In this document: in pieces, positions 37,755 through 49,650 of the stretch
Layout of the letters: the number at the start of each line of letters is the position of its first letter
How positions within the stretch are numbered: position 1 is the stretch's first letter
Assembly (NCBI GenBank): GCA_903897605.1
Contig: CAIUCH010000042.1
Location: forward strand, 22,465 to 86,464
Direction: 5' to 3'
Length of the DNA stretch: 64,000 nt
DNA from: an uncultured Alphaproteobacteria bacterium
GTDB lineage: Bacteria; Pseudomonadota; Alphaproteobacteria; Micropepsales; Micropepsaceae
Translations under genes and position numbers: made by a program
Notes under the pieces: generated by a model
Databases searched by the model: none
Told to the model about the DNA's origin: nothing
Seen by the model: the letters and a program-made list of their open reading frames with translations, nothing else

Positions 37755-38074
37755 TTCTGCTTCCGTTGGGCGGTTTCGCGGGGAGTGGCGAGACGCATGA
37801 ATATTTCACGACAATGTGGCCGAAACGCGCCGGGACGACGCCGGTGCGCCTAGCTTGGAGCTGGTCAGATTGAAAAATACCCTACCACGGCTTCAGGCGA
37901 AATGGAAGGAAAATCATCTCAAACCATTGAAAAGCCGTGATTCTTTCGAAATTCTGGCGGTTGCGGTCGCGCAAGCCCTTGATCCATTGCTCCAAATTGG
38001 GCCGCGATAGCCCCAGCCGGGGGCGGGGGAATCGGCACGGTTCAGGCGGGTTGGATCCGATGCCGACTGCCGGA

Positions 38075-38413
38075 CTAGGAACCCGATCCTGGCTTGGGGC
38101 TGAAGAATTTGTCGAATTTTTCAGCAACGCCTTCCCAGTCCTTGGCATCCGGGGGGGCATCGCCCTTTTGGCTGATATTTGGCCAGGTCTTGGCATATTC
38201 GGCGTTGACGGACAGCCACTTTTCCAGACCCGTTTCGGTGTCGGCCTTGATCGCTTCGGGCGGGCATTCCGGCTCGCAGACGCCGCAATCGATGCATTCA
38301 TCCGGATTGATGACCAGCATATTCTCGCCCTCATAGAAGCAATCCACTGGGCAAACCTCGACGCAGTCCATGAACTTGCATTTGATGCAGGCTTCGGTGA
38401 CGACATAGGTCAT
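38075..38413 (-). CDS. fdxA: 7Fe ferredoxin ([3Fe-4S][4Fe-4S])
   Basis: [51 protein letters not shown] is the Azotobacter-type FdxA signature. I chose the ATG at 38413. Confidence 0.93.
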   Translation of the reverse strand: MTYVVTEACIKCKFMDCVEVCPVDCFYEGENMLVINPDECIDCGVCEPECPPEAIKADTETGLEKWLSVNAEYAKTWPNISQKGDAPPDAKDWEGVAEKFDKFFSPKPGSGS

Positions 38414-38481
38414 AAGCAAGCTCCAGAAAGCGGCCAGAAAACCGTAGGTCCATAAAACTCACTGGCCGGGATGGCAAGCGG

Positions 38482-38742
38482 TCAGTCCGCGACGATTTCG
38501 TACAGCTGTTGCGCTTGCGGCGCGGAACCGCGCCGCTCCGCCAGGGCCAGCACCCGAAGCGCGACCATTTCGGCACCCCTACCAAGTGTGAGGATATCGC
38601 CAGGTTTCACGGCCTGGGCGGGTTTTGTCACCCGCACGCCATTAAGCCGGACCTTACCAGCGCTGGCCGCCGCCTGTGCCAGGACACGGGTCCGATAGAA
38701 GCGGGCCTGGAACAGCCATTTGTCGATACGCGTCTTGGTCAC
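38482..38742 (-). CDS. S4-domain RNA-binding protein (Hsp15/HslR-like)
   Basis: RIDKWLFQARFYRTRVLAQAAASAGKVRLNGVRVTKPAQAVKPGDILTL is an S4 domain. I chose the GTG at 38742-38740, which overlaps the helicase TGA stop (GTGA) and gives about 86 aa. The ORF-track start at 38841 would overlap the helicase by 100 nt. Confidence 0.72.
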   Translation of the reverse strand: MTKTRIDKWLFQARFYRTRVLAQAAASAGKVRLNGVRVTKPAQAVKPGDILTLGRGAEMVALRVLALAERRGSAPQAQQLYEIVAD

Positions 38743-41279
38743 TTGCCGATCAATTCCTTGAGGCCCGCGAAAGGCGAATCCTTGGGTGGCGGCGTCTCGG
38801 CACGCGGACGTGGCGGACGTTTCTCCTTGGCCTTGCGCCAAACCGAAGGCGCGTCCGCGACCTCAATCAGCCGCCAGCCCAAAGCGGCAAGCACGGCGCC
38901 GGCTTCGTCATTGCCCGTTCCCAGCAACGACATCAGCTTGGGCAGGAGAGCGTTGGTGTCGGCGCCGCTGATCGTGGCCTTGTCCAGTTCGTCTTCCAGC
39001 CGCTCCAGCATGTCAAAGCGGATGGCGCGGCCGCCGATCGCCGCAAAGCCGGCGGCATTGAGAAATTCAACCGGCTCGCCGTCATCGGTAAAAGAGGTCA
39101 AACCTGGGGCAGGCGGACCGTTCAACTGAGTCTGCCTTGTCCAAATGCCCCAAAGCAGCGCCAGCGTGCCCGCCGCGTCGGGCCGCAGCAACCGCGGCAG
39201 GTAGATGGTGCGCCGGCCGAACCAGACCCCGAACGGCTTCAAGGCCCGCAGCACCGGGCCGAGCTTTTCCGGCAGCGGGACGGCGGCCCGTTCCAGCGCG
39301 CCGAAATTCTCTGCCAGTTGATGTGCCAGGCCGCGTGCCTGGGCGGGCAGGGCGGTGTCGCTGCCGGCGCGTGCTTCGGCGGCACGGGCCAAGGCCAGAA
39401 GCGGCTCCAATCGTGCATGTAGCCGCGCCGTCAGCCAATTCTCGAGCCGCGCCTGGACGGCGGTACGGGATGCGCCCTTCAAAAGGTCGTCGGCGACTAG
39501 CGTGACCTGCGGGGTCAGTGCGGATGTGCCGGCCGCGAGATGCGCGACGATGGCGCCATCCCACCAGAATTTGCCATGCTCGCTCAGGCTGATATCCTTG
39601 TCCGGGGCTTCACCCAGCGCGCGTGCGCGTGACAGAAACTCGCTCTCCAATCCGCGCATCGCCGCTGTTCGCAGCATGCGGGCATGCAGCGCGCCATTGC
39701 CGTCATTGGCCGCGCGCGGGTCGGGCGTGAAACGAAAGCCGTCCAGCCGCCCCACAGCTTCACCGGCGATCACAACGCCGCCATCTTCCTCCAGCTTAAC
39801 ATCGGCGAATTCGTCCTCGCGCAAATGCCTGATCAGCACCGATGTCCTGCGGTCAATAAATCGCTGTGTGAGTTGTTCATGCAGCGCATCCGACAGCCGG
39901 TCTTCGATGGCGCGGGTTTGATTTTGCCAATTCGCGCCGTCACGGGTCCAGCCCGGGCGATGGGCGACATAGGTGAAGGTGCGAATCTGGGCCAGCCGGC
40001 CCGACAAGGTGGCGACGTCGCCTTCGGCGATATCCAGGCGCGCGATCTGCCGTGCCATCCAGTCATCGGGGATATGGCCGGCGTCGCTCATCAAATATAA
40101 AAACAGGGTGCGCACGGTCTTGGCGTGTTCGTCCGCCGACAATTTCCGGAAATCGGGAAGCTGGCAGATTTCCCACAGGCGCCGAACGCTGGCGCGGGAC
40201 GTGGCCAGCGCCTGGATCTCGGGCTCGGCCGCCAGATGATGCAGGGCAATCACATCCGACGCGGGACGCGCCCGGCCCAATCCGCGCTCTGGCGGCGGTG
40301 CCTCAAGGCTCTCCAGCAGCGCGCCGATTGAGTGAAAATTCAGCACGGCATTGCGCCATTGCAGCACCTTGACCGGATCGTAGCGGTGACCTTCGACCCG
40401 GCTCACCAGTTCGTTCTCGAACGGCTCGCATTCGCCGGTGACGCCGAAGGTGCCGTCATTCATGTAGCGTCCGGCCCGGCCCGCGATCTGTCCGACCTCC
40501 GATGCCATCAGGGGGCGAAAGCAATGGCCATCGAATTTCTCGGCGCCGGCGAAGGCGACATGATCAACATCCATGTTGAGACCCATGCCGATGGCATCGG
40601 TGGCGATGAGGAAATCCACGTCACCGGATTGATAGAGCGCAACCTGGGCATTGCGGGTGCGCGGCGACAGCGCACCCAGCACCACGGCCGCGCCGCCGCG
40701 CTGGCGGCGCACCAATTCGGCGATGCCGTAGACATCCTCGGCGCTGAAGCCCACGATGGCGGAACGGCGCGGCAAACGCGTGAGCTTTTTCGCGCCGGTA
40801 TAGGCGAGGTCGGAAAAACGCGGCCGGGTGATGAACCAGGTTTTGGGAATGAAACGCTGGAGGATGCCGCGCATGGTCTCGGCACCCAGGAACAGCGTTT
40901 CCTCCAGTCCACGGGCATGCAAAAGCCGGTCGGTGAAAACATGTCCGCGCTCCGCGTCGGCGCAGAGTTGAATCTCGTCCACTACCAGACAGGCCACCGG
41001 AATTTCCAGCGGCATGGCCTCGACGGTGCAGACATAGAAGCGCGCCGCCTTGGGCAGAATTTTTTCTTCGCCGGTGATGAGGGCGACTTCGCCCGGCCCC
41101 TTGAGCCGGACGATGCGGTCATAGACCTCGCGCGCCAGAAGGCGCAGCGGCAGGCCTATCATCCCGGATTTGTGCGCCAGCATTCGCTCGATGGCGAAAA
41201 AGGTCTTGCCGGTGTTGGTCGGTCCCAGGATCGCGCTCACCTTGGGAGGAGAGATGCCGCCGACAGGTCGTTGGGTCAT
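38739..41279 (-). CDS. SUV3-like (SUPV3L1 family) ATP-dependent RNA helicase
   Basis: 846 aa. Walker A is ILGPTNTGKTFFAIERM, the DEIQ box is VVDEIQL, and a helicase-C region is present (GALSPRTRNAQVALYQSGDVDFLIATDAIGMGLN). The long C-terminal region is typical of alphaproteobacterial helicase-related proteins. Confidence 0.85.
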   Translation of the reverse strand: MTQRPVGGISPPKVSAILGPTNTGKTFFAIERMLAHKSGMIGLPLRLLAREVYDRIVRLKGPGEVALITGEEKILPKAARFYVCTVEAMPLEIPVACLVVDEIQLCADAERGHVFTDRLLHARGLEETLFLGAETMRGILQRFIPKTWFITRPRFSDLAYTGAKKLTRLPRRSAIVGFSAEDVYGIAELVRRQRGGAAVVLGALSPRTRNAQVALYQSGDVDFLIATDAIGMGLNMDVDHVAFAGAEKFDGHCFRPLMASEVGQIAGRAGRYMNDGTFGVTGECEPFENELVSRVEGHRYDPVKVLQWRNAVLNFHSIGALLESLEAPPPERGLGRARPASDVIALHHLAAEPEIQALATSRASVRRLWEICQLPDFRKLSADEHAKTVRTLFLYLMSDAGHIPDDWMARQIARLDIAEGDVATLSGRLAQIRTFTYVAHRPGWTRDGANWQNQTRAIEDRLSDALHEQLTQRFIDRRTSVLIRHLREDEFADVKLEEDGGVVIAGEAVGRLDGFRFTPDPRAANDGNGALHARMLRTAAMRGLESEFLSRARALGEAPDKDISLSEHGKFWWDGAIVAHLAAGTSALTPQVTLVADDLLKGASRTAVQARLENWLTARLHARLEPLLALARAAEARAGSDTALPAQARGLAHQLAENFGALERAAVPLPEKLGPVLRALKPFGVWFGRRTIYLPRLLRPDAAGTLALLWGIWTRQTQLNGPPAPGLTSFTDDGEPVEFLNAAGFAAIGGRAIRFDMLERLEDELDKATISGADTNALLPKLMSLLGTGNDEAGAVLAALGWRLIEVADAPSVWRKAKEKRPPRPRAETPPPKDSPFAGLKELIGK

Positions 41280-41587
41280 GATTGCAATATGGGGCGAGGG
41301 TGCGGACCCGGAAAGCGCCTTTCAATCAAGGACTTGTTTTGTGCTGCTGTGGATGCCCGGTAAAGGATCGGAACGGTCAGTGAACAAAGCGGGGCCGAAT
41401 CACCAACCCTCGTGATATCTGCGTTTGTTCTCATACATTTAGCTGTTTGTCAAGAAACGTTAACCACCACATCTTGTTGATAAGGCCAGTCATGGAGTCG
41501 GGGCAGACCTGCGGGGACTCGATCTTCCGTAGGCGGAAAGAATCCACCAGGATTTGCGCTTCGCCGCCGCTTCGGGAACATGTACCC

Positions 41588-43717
<2,130 letters not shown>

Positions 43718-43720
43718 GGA

Positions 43721-44356
43721 TCAGTGCTTGGGCGCCGGTTTTTGGCGCGCGGTGCCGATCATAATGGTGCTGAGATTGAAGAAGATCTGACCTTTCTCGC
43801 CGCTCTTGGCATCGGTGATGCTGATTTTGTCGACCGGCCCCTGTTCGGTGGTGAGAAGCGTGCGGCCCGTGCCGTTCAGTCCCGCGACGGCCAGCATCAC
43901 TTCTTCTTCGTGCAAGGTAACAATCCGGAATGCGGTGTCGGGGCTTTCGCCATCGCCGCTGATGATGAGGGAATCGAAAAGGCCCTGCGCGATCGCTTCC
44001 TCGCGCTTTTCTCCTGTCTTGTCGCCCGCCTGTTCCAGGCAATCGGCCGCCAGCGCATGGGCGTCGGAAATGGTGAAATCCAGCGCGATGGCGGCTCTGA
44101 ATTTCTCCAGGGCGGTTTTGCAATCCTTGGCAACATAGGCTGCCTGGCCGTCCCGCATCAGGGTGTTGGTCTTTTCGCCGTAAGGATCATAACTCGAGAT
44201 CATGGCATAGGCCTGACGCATGGCGGTGTAGTCGGTGCCGGGATCGCCATCCTGCGCAGCCGTCACCAGCGCGGCATAGTCGCCGGCCGGATCGGCAATC
44301 GCGGCGGCGGGTCGCACAAGCAGCATCGCCAGACAGAGGGACGCGATTTTTCTCAT
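43721..44356 (-). CDS. hypothetical secreted protein
   Basis: 211 aa with the signal peptide MRKIASLCLAMLLVRPAAAIA. I cannot assign a family with confidence. It is convergent with scpA, with only 3 nt between the stops. Confidence 0.5.
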   Translation of the reverse strand: MRKIASLCLAMLLVRPAAAIADPAGDYAALVTAAQDGDPGTDYTAMRQAYAMISSYDPYGEKTNTLMRDGQAAYVAKDCKTALEKFRAAIALDFTISDAHALAADCLEQAGDKTGEKREEAIAQGLFDSLIISGDGESPDTAFRIVTLHEEEVMLAVAGLNGTGRTLLTTEQGPVDKISITDAKSGEKGQIFFNLSTIMIGTARQKPAPKH

Positions 44357-44363
44357 ATCCAGC

Positions 44364-45209
44364 CTAATTCGCCTTCGGCGTCTGACCGTCGATTTTCAGG
44401 GAATTGGCCACCACCGACACCATGCCATAAGGGGTGTCGGCCCAGACCCGGAGCGGGACCACATAATCGCTGCCCCGCACCGCGCTGGGATAGCTCACCA
44501 CCCAGGCATTGATGGCGGGAAAACTCTCATTGGCCTTCAGGACATGGGGTTTGAATCCGGAAAGCTGGTGATACTTGATCTGGCAAAGCAGGGCATGGCC
44601 GGCATAAAGGCCGTTGTCCATCTTGATATCCACGTCTTTCGCCTTGCTCATCTCGATATTGTAGCGGCGGCGGCCGTCGAACACCGGAGCGGTGACGCTG
44701 CAAGGCGTTCCGGACGTGCCGGCGCCGGACACGATGAACATCACCGCCGAAAGCGGATCGAGGGTCGCCTTTTGATCGTCCGGCTTCACTTCATAGCCGG
44801 TGGTGGAATAGGGCGGATCGGCATAAAGCCGCGGCGGGTCGGCGCTGTCATAGGTCAGCGATACTTCCTGCCTCTTGCCCGTGCGGTTGATGTCGAAGGA
44901 ATCGTAGAGCGCCGGATTGAGGTTTTTCGGACTTACCTTGCCGGACGAGGTGGCCTGGATTTCCGCCTGCCAGAAGGCGTTGACCACCCCCGAGGTCTCC
45001 AGATTGGAGACGGCATGGTAATCGCCGCCGCGCACGGTGGCGTCGATGTCCATTTTCCCAAGGGTGATGCCGCCGGCATAGATGGTCATCGTCATCTGAA
45101 ACTGGGAGGCAGGACCCATCGAATCGGACCCGGCACCGCCGGCGGCGAAGACCGGCCCGCCCAGGGCCATCAGGGGGATCAGGCCAAGGAAAAAATGACG
45201 CGTTTTCAT
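44364..45209 (-). CDS. DUF3108-like secreted protein
   Basis: 281 aa with a signal peptide. The beta-rich pattern (FQMTMTIYAGGITLGKMDIDATV...) resembles DUF3108. The family call is from memory. Confidence 0.6.
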   Translation of the reverse strand: MKTRHFFLGLIPLMALGGPVFAAGGAGSDSMGPASQFQMTMTIYAGGITLGKMDIDATVRGGDYHAVSNLETSGVVNAFWQAEIQATSSGKVSPKNLNPALYDSFDINRTGKRQEVSLTYDSADPPRLYADPPYSTTGYEVKPDDQKATLDPLSAVMFIVSGAGTSGTPCSVTAPVFDGRRRYNIEMSKAKDVDIKMDNGLYAGHALLCQIKYHQLSGFKPHVLKANESFPAINAWVVSYPSAVRGSDYVVPLRVWADTPYGMVSVVANSLKIDGQTPKAN

Positions 45210-45379
45210 GCTTTCTCCCGACTGCCCCGATTTAAGCCACTGGCGGCTATCCGGCGGTTATAATGTTTCCAGGCCGGCGGGGGCAAATGCTTGACCCCAA
45301 GAGCCGCCTCCCGTATGAACCGGCGCTCAAAATTGCGTGTTTGGCAGCCGCCAAACCCCTGGAATCCGAGAGAATAGCT

Positions 45380-45673
45380 ATGGCACGCCGCTGCGAATTG
45401 ACCGGTAAAGGCACCCTGGTTGGCAACAATGTCAGCCATGCCAACAACAAGACCAAGCGGATCTATCGCCCCAACCTGCAGACCATAGACCTGGTCAGCG
45501 AGGCGCTGGGCAACAGCTACAAGCTCAAGATCGCCATGAACACCCTGCGTTCGGTGGACAAGGTTGGCGGCCTGGACCCCTTTCTGCTCAAGGCCAAGGA
45601 CGGCGTTCTGTCAGCCAAGGCGCTGCGCCTCAAGCGCGCCATCGCCAAGAAGACAGCCGCCAAGGCCGCCTAA
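45380..45673 (+). CDS. rpmB: 50S ribosomal protein L28
   Basis: The internal start is MARRCELTGKGTLVGNNVSHANNKTKRIYRPNLQ (97 aa), the canonical L28 N-terminus. Confidence 0.95.
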   Translation: MARRCELTGKGTLVGNNVSHANNKTKRIYRPNLQTIDLVSEALGNSYKLKIAMNTLRSVDKVGGLDPFLLKAKDGVLSAKALRLKRAIAKKTAAKAA

Positions 45674-45737
45674 GGTATAATCTCAGAATATTCCGGCAAG
45701 CAGCTGTTTTTGGCTGACGATTGTGCGTGACTGCCCC

Positions 45738-47582
45738 TCAGCGGCCGGCACGGCGGCGGCTATGCTCATCGCGCGCCCGGTCTTCCTCGAACAGGGAAAT
45801 GAGTTGGGTGGTCATTGCCCCGCCCAGCTGTTCGGCATCGACGATGGTGACGGCGCGCTTGTAGTAGCGGGTGACGTCATGACCGATGCCGATGGCGGTC
45901 AGCTCGATATTGGAGCGGATCTCGATATCGTCGATCACCCGGCGCAGATGCCGTTCCAGATAATTGCCCGCATTCACCGACAGGGTCGAATCGTCCACCG
46001 GAGCGCCGTCCGAGATCACCATCAGGACCTTACGCTGCTCGGGACGGGCCATCAGCCGGTTATGGGCCCACATCAGAGCCTCGCCATCGATATTCTCCTT
46101 GAGCAGTCCTTCGCGCATCATCAGGCCCAGATTCTTCTTGGCCCGCCGCCAGGGCTCGTCGGCGGACTTGTAGATGATGTGGCGCAGGTCGTTGAGTCGT
46201 CCCGGGCTGGCGGGCTTGCCATCATGGGTCCATTTTTCCCGGGACTGGCCGCCTTTCCAGGCCCGGGTGGTGAAGCCCAGAATCTCTGTCTTGACGGCGC
46301 AGCGCTCCAGGGTGCGGCCCAGGATGTCGGCGCACATGGCAGCCACCATGATCGGGCGCCCGCGCATCGAACCGGAATTGTCCAAGAGCAAGGTGACCAC
46401 GGTATCGCGGAAATTGGTGTCCTTCTCGCGCTTGAAGGACAAAGGATACATGGGATCGATGATGATGCGGGGCAGGCGCGACGTATCGAGCAGGCCTTCC
46501 TCCAGATCGAATTCCCAATGCCGGTTCTGCTGCGCCAGCAGAAGACGTTGCAACTTGTTGGCCAGCCGTGACACCACGCCCTGCATCTGGGAAAGCTGCT
46601 GATCGAGAAAACTGCGGAGCCGCGTCAGCTCTTCATTGTCGCAAAGGTCGGGGGCGGAGATTTCCTCGTCGAATTGCGGCGTGTAGATTTTGTAGCCCCA
46701 GCTTTCCTGCTGCGAGAAGGGCGGCTGGGCGCGATTGGGCTGCATGCCGTCTTCGGGTTGTTCGGTTTCGGCCAGATCCTCGGACTGTTCGCCGCTGCCT
46801 TCGGCTTCGCTGTCTTCGCCATCCTCACCGCGATCCTCGGTGAGTTCGGTCTCGCCGGTGTCACCTTCGCTCTGGCTTTCCTGTTCGTCGCTGCCCTGGT
46901 TCTCATTCTGGGAGCTTTCGCCTTCGGCATCGTCCTCGCCGGATTCCTGGCTGTCGTCGCCCTGGGAAAGATCTTTCAGGATAGTACGGGTAAGGCGCGC
47001 AAAAGCTTTCTGATCGCGCATCACGTCCGGCAACTTGGCGAGATCCTTGCCGGCGCGCTCTTCGATGAACGGCCGCCACAGCTCCACCGCTTTTTCGAGG
47101 GCCGCAGGCGGTGATTGCCCCGTCAGATGCTGGCGCATCACCAGGCCGACAATGTCCGCCAGCGGCGCTTCGTCCTTGCTGGCGGCCCGCGACAAGCCCT
47201 TGGCCGTCAAGCGCTGCTCCAGCTGCGCCGCGAGGTTCTGCCGCACACCTTCCATCGCCAGGGCGCCGATCGCCTCGACCCGGGCCGACTCGGCGGCCTC
47301 GAAGATCGCGGCATTGTCGGCGCCGGACGGCCGGAAGCGATTGTGGATTTTCTCGTCGTGATAAGCCTTGCGCAGGGCATAGGCATCACCCGTGCCGCGC
47401 ACAAAGGCGACTTCGTGTGGCGGCAAGGTGCGGGTGGGCGCAGGCAGACGCGCCTTCAGACCTTTGAGCGAGGGCGGCTCGGACGAGAAATTGACTTCCA
47501 GTTCCGGTTCGCCCGCCAACGACCGCACCGCCACGGAAACGGCGCGCTTGAAGGGCTCGGAGGGGCTCTCAGGTTTGGCCAT
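45738..47582 (-). CDS. cobT: CobT-type protein (cobaltochelatase subunit family; acidic linker + VWA domain)
   Basis: 614 aa. It has a CobT N-terminus, a long acidic stretch ([36 protein letters not shown]...) and a C-terminal VWA with the MIDAS motif LLLDNSGSM. Confidence 0.9.
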   Translation of the reverse strand: MAKPESPSEPFKRAVSVAVRSLAGEPELEVNFSSEPPSLKGLKARLPAPTRTLPPHEVAFVRGTGDAYALRKAYHDEKIHNRFRPSGADNAAIFEAAESARVEAIGALAMEGVRQNLAAQLEQRLTAKGLSRAASKDEAPLADIVGLVMRQHLTGQSPPAALEKAVELWRPFIEERAGKDLAKLPDVMRDQKAFARLTRTILKDLSQGDDSQESGEDDAEGESSQNENQGSDEQESQSEGDTGETELTEDRGEDGEDSEAEGSGEQSEDLAETEQPEDGMQPNRAQPPFSQQESWGYKIYTPQFDEEISAPDLCDNEELTRLRSFLDQQLSQMQGVVSRLANKLQRLLLAQQNRHWEFDLEEGLLDTSRLPRIIIDPMYPLSFKREKDTNFRDTVVTLLLDNSGSMRGRPIMVAAMCADILGRTLERCAVKTEILGFTTRAWKGGQSREKWTHDGKPASPGRLNDLRHIIYKSADEPWRRAKKNLGLMMREGLLKENIDGEALMWAHNRLMARPEQRKVLMVISDGAPVDDSTLSVNAGNYLERHLRRVIDDIEIRSNIELTAIGIGHDVTRYYKRAVTIVDAEQLGGAMTTQLISLFEEDRARDEHSRRRAGR

Positions 47583-47637
47583 AGCGGCTTGCCTTGTTCA
47601 ACTGGATCCCCCGCACAAAGCGGGGGATGCTTGTCGC

Positions 47638-48630
47638 TTACGCAACAAGCACCTTCGCGGCGCTCTCCGGCAACTCCTCGCCAAAGGCGCGCTGGTAGAA
47701 TTCTGCCACACTGGCGCGTTCCAGCTCATCGCATTTATTGAGAAAGGTTAGCCGGAAGGCGAAACCGATATCGCCGAAGATTTCCGCATTCTGCGCCCAG
47801 GTCATCACGGTGCGCGGGCTCATCACGGTCGAGAGATCGCCGTTGGTGAAGGCGTTGCGGGTCATATCGGCGACACGCACCATCGCGGCAATCGTCTTCT
47901 TGCCTTCCGGCGTGTTGTAACTTGGCGATTTCGCCAGCACGATTTCAGCCTCGGCGTCATGGCTGAGATAGTTCAGCGTGGTGACGATGCTCCAGCGGTC
48001 CATCTGGCCCTGATTGATCTGCTGGGTGCCGTGATAAAGGCCGGTGGTGTCGCCAAGGCCAATGGTGTTGGTGGTGGAGAACAAGCGAAAAGCCGGGTGC
48101 GGTTTGATCACCTTGTTCTGGTCGAGCAGGGTAAGCTTGCCCTGGACTTCCAGGACACGTTGAATCACGAACATCACATCCGGGCGTCCCGCGTCATATT
48201 CGTCGAACACCAGCGCAACCGGCCGCTGCAACGCCCAGGGCAGCAGGCCTTCGCGGAATTCGGTGACCTGTTGACCGTCCTTGAGGACGATGGCGTCCTT
48301 GCCGATCAGATCGATGCGGCTGATATGGCTGTCGAGATTGATGCGGATGCACGGCCAATTGAGACGCGCCGCGACCTGCTCGATATGGGTGGATTTGCCG
48401 GTGCCGTGATAGCCCTGAACCATGACGCGGCGGTTGTAGGCAAAGCCCGCCAGGATGGCCAAAGTGGTCTCCCGGTCGAAGCGATAAGCATCGTCCCGGT
48501 CGGGCACATGTTCCCCGGCTTTCTTGAATGCCGGCACCTGCATCTTGGTCTTGATGCCAAAAAGCTTTCCAGCGTCCACCGTCGTATCGGGCATCGCGGT
48601 GGGATCAAGGCCGGCGTTGGGGGTGCTCAT
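47638..48630 (-). CDS. cobS: CobS-type AAA+ (MoxR-like) ATPase
   Basis: 330 aa with Walker A in [31 protein letters not shown] and Walker B in LVFDEYD. Confidence 0.92.
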   Translation of the reverse strand: MSTPNAGLDPTAMPDTTVDAGKLFGIKTKMQVPAFKKAGEHVPDRDDAYRFDRETTLAILAGFAYNRRVMVQGYHGTGKSTHIEQVAARLNWPCIRINLDSHISRIDLIGKDAIVLKDGQQVTEFREGLLPWALQRPVALVFDEYDAGRPDVMFVIQRVLEVQGKLTLLDQNKVIKPHPAFRLFSTTNTIGLGDTTGLYHGTQQINQGQMDRWSIVTTLNYLSHDAEAEIVLAKSPSYNTPEGKKTIAAMVRVADMTRNAFTNGDLSTVMSPRTVMTWAQNAEIFGDIGFAFRLTFLNKCDELERASVAEFYQRAFGEELPESAAKVLVA

Positions 48631-48680
48631 ATGTTCGTTCCGGATGGTATCCGCCCGGCGTTGGGGCGGCGGAAAACCGG

Positions 48681-49280
48681 TCAGATCAGGCCGGAGGCGC
48701 GCAGCACGCCATAGGCCTTGATGACCTGTTTCAGACGCTCTTCAGCGCCCCGGTCGCCGCCGTTCGCGTCGGGATGGAACCGCTTCACAAGCTCCTTATA
48801 CCGCGCCTTAATCTCGATCAAGGTGGCGTTGTGCGCGAGCTGGAGCGTGTCCATTGACATGATCTGAAGCCGCGTCAATTGGCGTTCCGGACGGCGCGGC
48901 TGGCCGGTTTCGTCATCCTCGTCCAATACCGCATGGCCGTCATGAAAATGCAGGGGGCCTTGGCCGTTGCGGGCGCGGGCCGTACGCTTGCCCATCGGCC
49001 AGGTGGGGCGATGGCCGAACATCGCCTCCTCGCGGAACCTTTCAATGTCGCCGTCCCCCATGCCCTTGAAAAAGTCCCAGGACTCGTTGTGGGCGCGGGC
49101 ATGGGCGGTACAGAGGAAGACATAATCGGAAAGATTTTCACGCGATTTCGGCACGCGGCAGTCGCCCGGCTTGGCGCAATTCTTCACCGCACAGGGCCGA
49201 CTGTCGTCTTTGACGACCGGTTTGGCCGAGTCCTTCTTGATGCGGATGTCGCTTTTGAAACGAGGCCGACCTTGAGTCAT
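48681..49280 (-). CDS. J-domain protein with N-terminal Cys-rich region
   Basis: 199 aa. The C-terminal J domain is [20 protein letters not shown]...[11 protein letters not shown] (HPD present). The N-terminal half has spaced Cys/His residues ([13 protein letters not shown]...[10 protein letters not shown]). Confidence 0.85.
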   Translation of the reverse strand: MTQGRPRFKSDIRIKKDSAKPVVKDDSRPCAVKNCAKPGDCRVPKSRENLSDYVFLCTAHARAHNESWDFFKGMGDGDIERFREEAMFGHRPTWPMGKRTARARNGQGPLHFHDGHAVLDEDDETGQPRRPERQLTRLQIMSMDTLQLAHNATLIEIKARYKELVKRFHPDANGGDRGAEERLKQVIKAYGVLRASGLI

Positions 49281-49363
49281 GTCTCAATTATGGGTGGAGA
49301 AGGGCAAAAGACAAGTAAACCTATTGCTTGACATTATCGCGGCGCCGTCGCTTCGTCGCATTT

Positions 49364-49645
49364 ATGAGCATTGCCGACGCGATCCGCGACAAACTCATTC
49401 AGGCTTTCGCGCCCAGCGCGCTCAGCGTTAACGACGACAGCGCCAGCCATGCCGGCCATTCGGGCGCGACACGCGACGATGGCAGCCGGGGCGAAACCCA
49501 TTTTTCCGTGCGCATTGTATCGGAAAAATTCGCCGGCCTGTCGCGGGTCGAGCGCCAGCGGCGCATCTACGCCGTCCTGGCGGAGGAAATGGCGGGCCCG
49601 GTTCATGCCTTGTCGCTGACCGCGCTCAGCTCCGCCGAAGCCTAG
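49364..49645 (+). CDS. bolA: BolA-family protein
   Basis: The internal start is MSIADAIRDKL (93 aa). It has SHAGH...ETHF.V.IVS..F.G.SRV.RQR.IY..L and VHALSL. Confidence 0.88.
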   Translation: MSIADAIRDKLIQAFAPSALSVNDDSASHAGHSGATRDDGSRGETHFSVRIVSEKFAGLSRVERQRRIYAVLAEEMAGPVHALSLTALSSAEA

Positions 49646-49650
49646 AATAT

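Noticed and set aside
37816-38010. A 64-codon ORF in the fdxA-carD spacer as a small protein gene.
   Set aside because: It has no Shine-Dalgarno-like sequence that I could see, and its codon usage is A/T-ending and unlike the neighbouring genes. It is more likely non-coding promoter or leader DNA. I retained it only as a note within the spacer finding.
41280-41587. Cobalamin riboswitch upstream of the B12-dependent mutase.
   Set aside because: GCCAGTCATGGAG...GCAGACCTGCGG only loosely resembles a B12 box, and the other conserved cobalamin-riboswitch segments are not visible. B12 riboswitches normally control B12 synthesis, uptake or B12-independent isozymes, not B12-dependent enzymes. I kept it only as an unclassified structured leader.
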